Positions 1-64,000 of a stretch of DNA of 64,000 bases are shown here, piece after piece (within the stretch, counting starts at the first letter, position 1; every line of letters begins with the position of its first letter). Location of the stretch: NCBI RefSeq assembly GCF_006345805.1, contig NC_042997.1, forward strand, positions 168,516,001 to 168,580,000, written 5' to 3'. Position numbers and translations under genes: made by a program. The notes under the pieces are model-generated. The model did not search any database, was not told where the DNA came from, and worked only from the letters and a program-made list of their open reading frames with translations. The DNA is from Octopus sinensis (taxonomy: Eukaryota).

Positions 1-1489
1 AACACTATATTCATTTTTCCCATTTCCTTTAGTGTAATTACTGATAAGAAGAAAAAAAGAAACTAGTGTATCATGTTAGTTATTATAACTATAATTAGAA
101 ATTTTAGGATTCTTTTATTCTTTTTCAGACATTTTATTCTTATTTCAGACATTTGACTGTGGCCATGCTGGATCACCATCTCAAAGGGTTTTTAGTAGAA
201 GTCATTGACTCCAGGATTTATTCTTTGTAAGCTTAGTTCTTATTTTATCAACTCTTTAGCCAAACTGCTAAGTTACAGGGATGTAATCACACTGACATCG
301 ATTGTCAAGTGATGATGGGGGCACAGACACACACACACACATAAATATATATACATATATACAAGCTTCTTTTAGTTTCTGTCTACCAAATCTACTCACA
401 AGACTTTGGTCAGCCCAAGGCTATAGTAAAAGAAACTTGCCCAAGGTGCCATGCTGTGGAACTGAACTCAGAACCATGTGGCTGGGAAGCAAACTTCTTA
501 TCACACAGCCAGTTGTATGAATTTTTATGCAAAATTAGTACAGCTACTTCCTTTATAAGTTGAAAGTTCTGCTAATGTTTGTATAATAAATTTGATAATT
601 TGATGTGTTGCTTAAGGCTAAAGTCTGCAAATAGATCTAGAACATGAGATGACAAAATATGTTAACTGACAAAATATTACTGAAAATGAAAATATACATT
701 AAAACAATTATAATCATGGAGATGACAATGGCAAAAAAAGAGTAGAATGAAAATCAGAGGAACAGTAATTTTAAATAAAAGGTTATTAAAGTTAGTATTG
801 TTGTTGTGTTTTGGTTAAGGCTTTTCATTTGTTGTTTTTCTTTTGGCCTGTTTTTCTATGCTATGAGTGTGAGCTGATGCTCTAACCACTGAGCCATTGC
901 CACAGATTAAAGCAATTCAAATCAGAATATTTTTAGCAAAATAAGTACTGCTAGTGAGGATATGTGACCTAGTAGTTAGAATGTTTGGCTTGTAATCATT
1001 CCCACTTCAGGTCATTTCATTTTATTCCACTCCAGTTTACTCAGCAGTCATGATAATCAGCTCCCTAACCCCACCTCTCTCTCCAGTTGTCACATCCTGG
1101 ATATTCCATTGGTTCATGGTTAAGGAGGCAGAGAGAGTGTCTATATCTACTTATGGTTATATAAGCACTTAAATCAACTAGCAAAAACACAAGACATGCT
1201 TCCAAACTACACAAGCTCACAAGAGATAGTTGGTTATACATTAAGTACCAGTAAATGACAGAACTGTGGAATGATTGACAAAATCATCATCATCATTTAA
1301 CATTTGTTTTCCATGCTGGCATAGGTTGGATGATTTGATCAGAGCCTGCAAGCTGGAGAGCTGCACCAGGTTCCAGTCTGATTTGGCATGGTTATATATA
1401 AGTATACTCAATGCTAAAAATGAAAACCATATAATTGAAATAAAGCATATTTAGCATGTATGTATCCCATTCCTTCCAGCAGTCTCTCA

Positions 1490-1900
1490 TAAAGTTCTAG
1501 CATTCTGAGGCAGACCACACCATTTTCTTCTCATCTTTCTTGCTCTTTACTATCCTACAGGTATTATTTGATATTTGTTTATCCAACTAGAATCTTTTCA
1601 TATATGTCACATGTCCCTTACCTGTACAGTCTTCTCTCTTGCACATTGTTCATGTATGCTGTCATTACAGGTTCAGGATGGGTTGGTGTTAGGGGTTAGT
1701 TTCATACTAGGTAGTTTTGAAATTTGTATACAAAAACAAGCATTTGCACTTCACTTGATGAGAGCAATCCTTTGCTGCCAACAGAGGTGACAATTCTTTG
1801 AACTTTTCCCATCCTGTTTTTACTCTGGCTACTATGCTTCAACAATAATTACATCCACCACTGATTAGGTCACTTAGCTAACTGAAACTGTCAACAACAA
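1490..1900 (-). mobile_element. RTE LINE RT C-terminal fragment
   Basis: SGGC…SIVARVKTGWEKFKELSPLL on minus, degraded. Confidence 0.65.
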
Positions 1901-3429
1901 AATAACTTATGCTATCTGCTCTGGCTCTCTGTAGTCTGAGTTCAAATCTAGCCAAAGTCATCTTTGCTTTTCAGCCTTTTGGGGTTTTATAATATATAAT
2001 GCCACACCAAGTGGTAGACAGACAGAATTGTTAGAGCATCAAATGAGATGTCTTGTAGTGTTTATTCCAGCTAGTTAAGTTCTTAGTTCTTGAATGGTAG
2101 ATTTAATATGTCATTTGGTTTAATACCACACCTGGTGTTTGGGTACCTTTAACAAATTTGATTCTGTTGCAAGCATTCAGGTCAGCTCTCCAGTTTGGGA
2201 ATAACTTTGGCCATCAAAAATAAAGAATCATGGATACTGTTTGTCCCACCTTGACTAAACAGTAATGATAAAATAAAATTTTAAAATAATTAAAACAAAA
2301 AAATTCTTCCAGCACCCTTTCTGGCCATTTTGATGGCTATTTATGATTTTAAACAAAGGTGTTCATTCAATTAGCATTGTTTGTAAATGAAAAATAAAGT
2401 AAAAAAGACATATGTTGATATTTAAAAGTATTTACTCAACTACTAAAATAATGAGTGGATTAACGTTTGTGAAGTTAAGGGAGTAAATTGTTGATCACAT
2501 GCACATAAGTTCAAACTTTAAGTGTTACAGTCTCTGTGCCATGATCCTGCACAAGAAACATAACTCTGTTAGTCTTACTGTTGGTAGGGTCCACTTTCAC
2601 CTGGACACTTGAGATGTTAGTAGTGGGACCAGCATTTTTAACATAACATAACATAACAAAAAAAATACCCAATTCTAAAAAGAAAAACAAAAAGTTATTC
2701 GCCTGTGCAAAATCGGGTTGAAAAATACATTGATATAGTTTGCAGTTGAGTGAAAGGATTTATAAAAATACAATGCTTTCTTTCTCTGTCAAACGTCCAT
2801 ATATGCAATTATACTGACAGTTGCTGACATACTTGTATTTTTTTTATTTCATAGAATATGTTTTACATTCAAGTATTTTTCTATTTTATTATCAAGATTT
2901 TATCATGCTACAATGAAACTAAAAACTCAAGTATAGGCTTATTTTGATCAGACACACATATACACACAGATAAACAGGCCTTATTATATTTTAAAGGATG
3001 GACAAACTGAATGTTGTGATGAATTCATGCCTTTCTCAATTGAAGTGATAGCATAAGTCTAAAGAAACAACCTCAAATAATTACTGGTATTGTGTAGCAA
3101 ACTAGGTTTGCTGGAAGCGTGCCTTCTGCCCTATGCAGTAGCTACAAACAGAAAAAAACATATTTAAACTATATTTTGTAAACTGTTCATCATCTTTCTT
3201 GTAGTTTGATTAATTTAATTTGGGGTTAGAAATAAGGAGAGTCTCAATACATCTTTTTGAATTATTACATATACATATATATATTGGTTTAACAATGTAT
3301 TGCTGTTGCCATTGTCACCATCAGCAGTATCATCAAAATAAGGAATCATCAGGATATATATGTAACAATCTCTGGAGCTTCATATTGTTAATATTATCAT
3401 CATTATTAATGTTGGAAATTTTCTTTCTG

Positions 3430-63741
<60,312 letters not shown>

Positions 63742-64000
63742 CTGCAGCAAAATATAAAAACAGATCCAGTAAAAGAGTAAAGATTGCACATTTATTCAAT
63801 ATCAATAATTTCATGAACCAGTTAATTGGTCTAAGACCATGCATAGAAAGAGGGACAATTACATTACAGAACAGTTGCATTTAAACCGGCCATATCCGGC
63901 CAAAAGTATTCTACCTGTTTTATGTTCAAACTGGCCAGATCTGGTCTCTCACACCAGCCCTACAATATCGTTTTAAAAATTAACAGCTACCTCATCAAAA

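Noticed and set aside
600-790. Hydrophobic reading on minus as a possible distant TM exon
   Set aside because: No EC start, no K/HDR or NPxY motif, and stops nearby; explained by AT richness.
3380-3426. Alternative acceptor giving …ERKFPTLIMMIILTI*, a short hydrophobic tail
   Set aside because: Weak pyrimidine tract, loses the last conserved beta-tail Cys, hydrophobic run too short for a TM helix.

Overview
AT-rich, microsatellite- and SINE-dense animal DNA. The repeat families look like those of Octopus/coleoid cephalopods (inferred from repeat content, not searched). The window is intronic and exonic sequence of one minus-strand gene whose 5' part lies beyond position 64000. I could read 22 GT-AG exons in one continuous frame (1765 nt, about 587 aa). 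They encode an integrin-beta-like stalk in which a 5-exon, about 129-aa cassette of three I-EGF modules is tandemly repeated four times, giving at least 12 I-EGF modules versus 4 in canonical integrin beta. A complete beta-tail domain follows, then a stop (…RRKECEA*) exactly where the transmembrane helix should start. One intron (27829-33709) holds a 491-bp unit repeated in tandem and in inverted orientation. It carries four intact type-I hammerhead ribozyme motifs, which is retrozyme/Penelope-like. Degenerate hammerheads and several long fold-back palindromes occur elsewhere. The rest is a decayed Gypsy LTR element, mariner and LINE (RTE, CR1/Jockey, RLE-type) fragments, TTAA MITEs, tRNA-derived SINEs and simple repeats. 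All calls were made by eye; no alignment, folding or database search was run.
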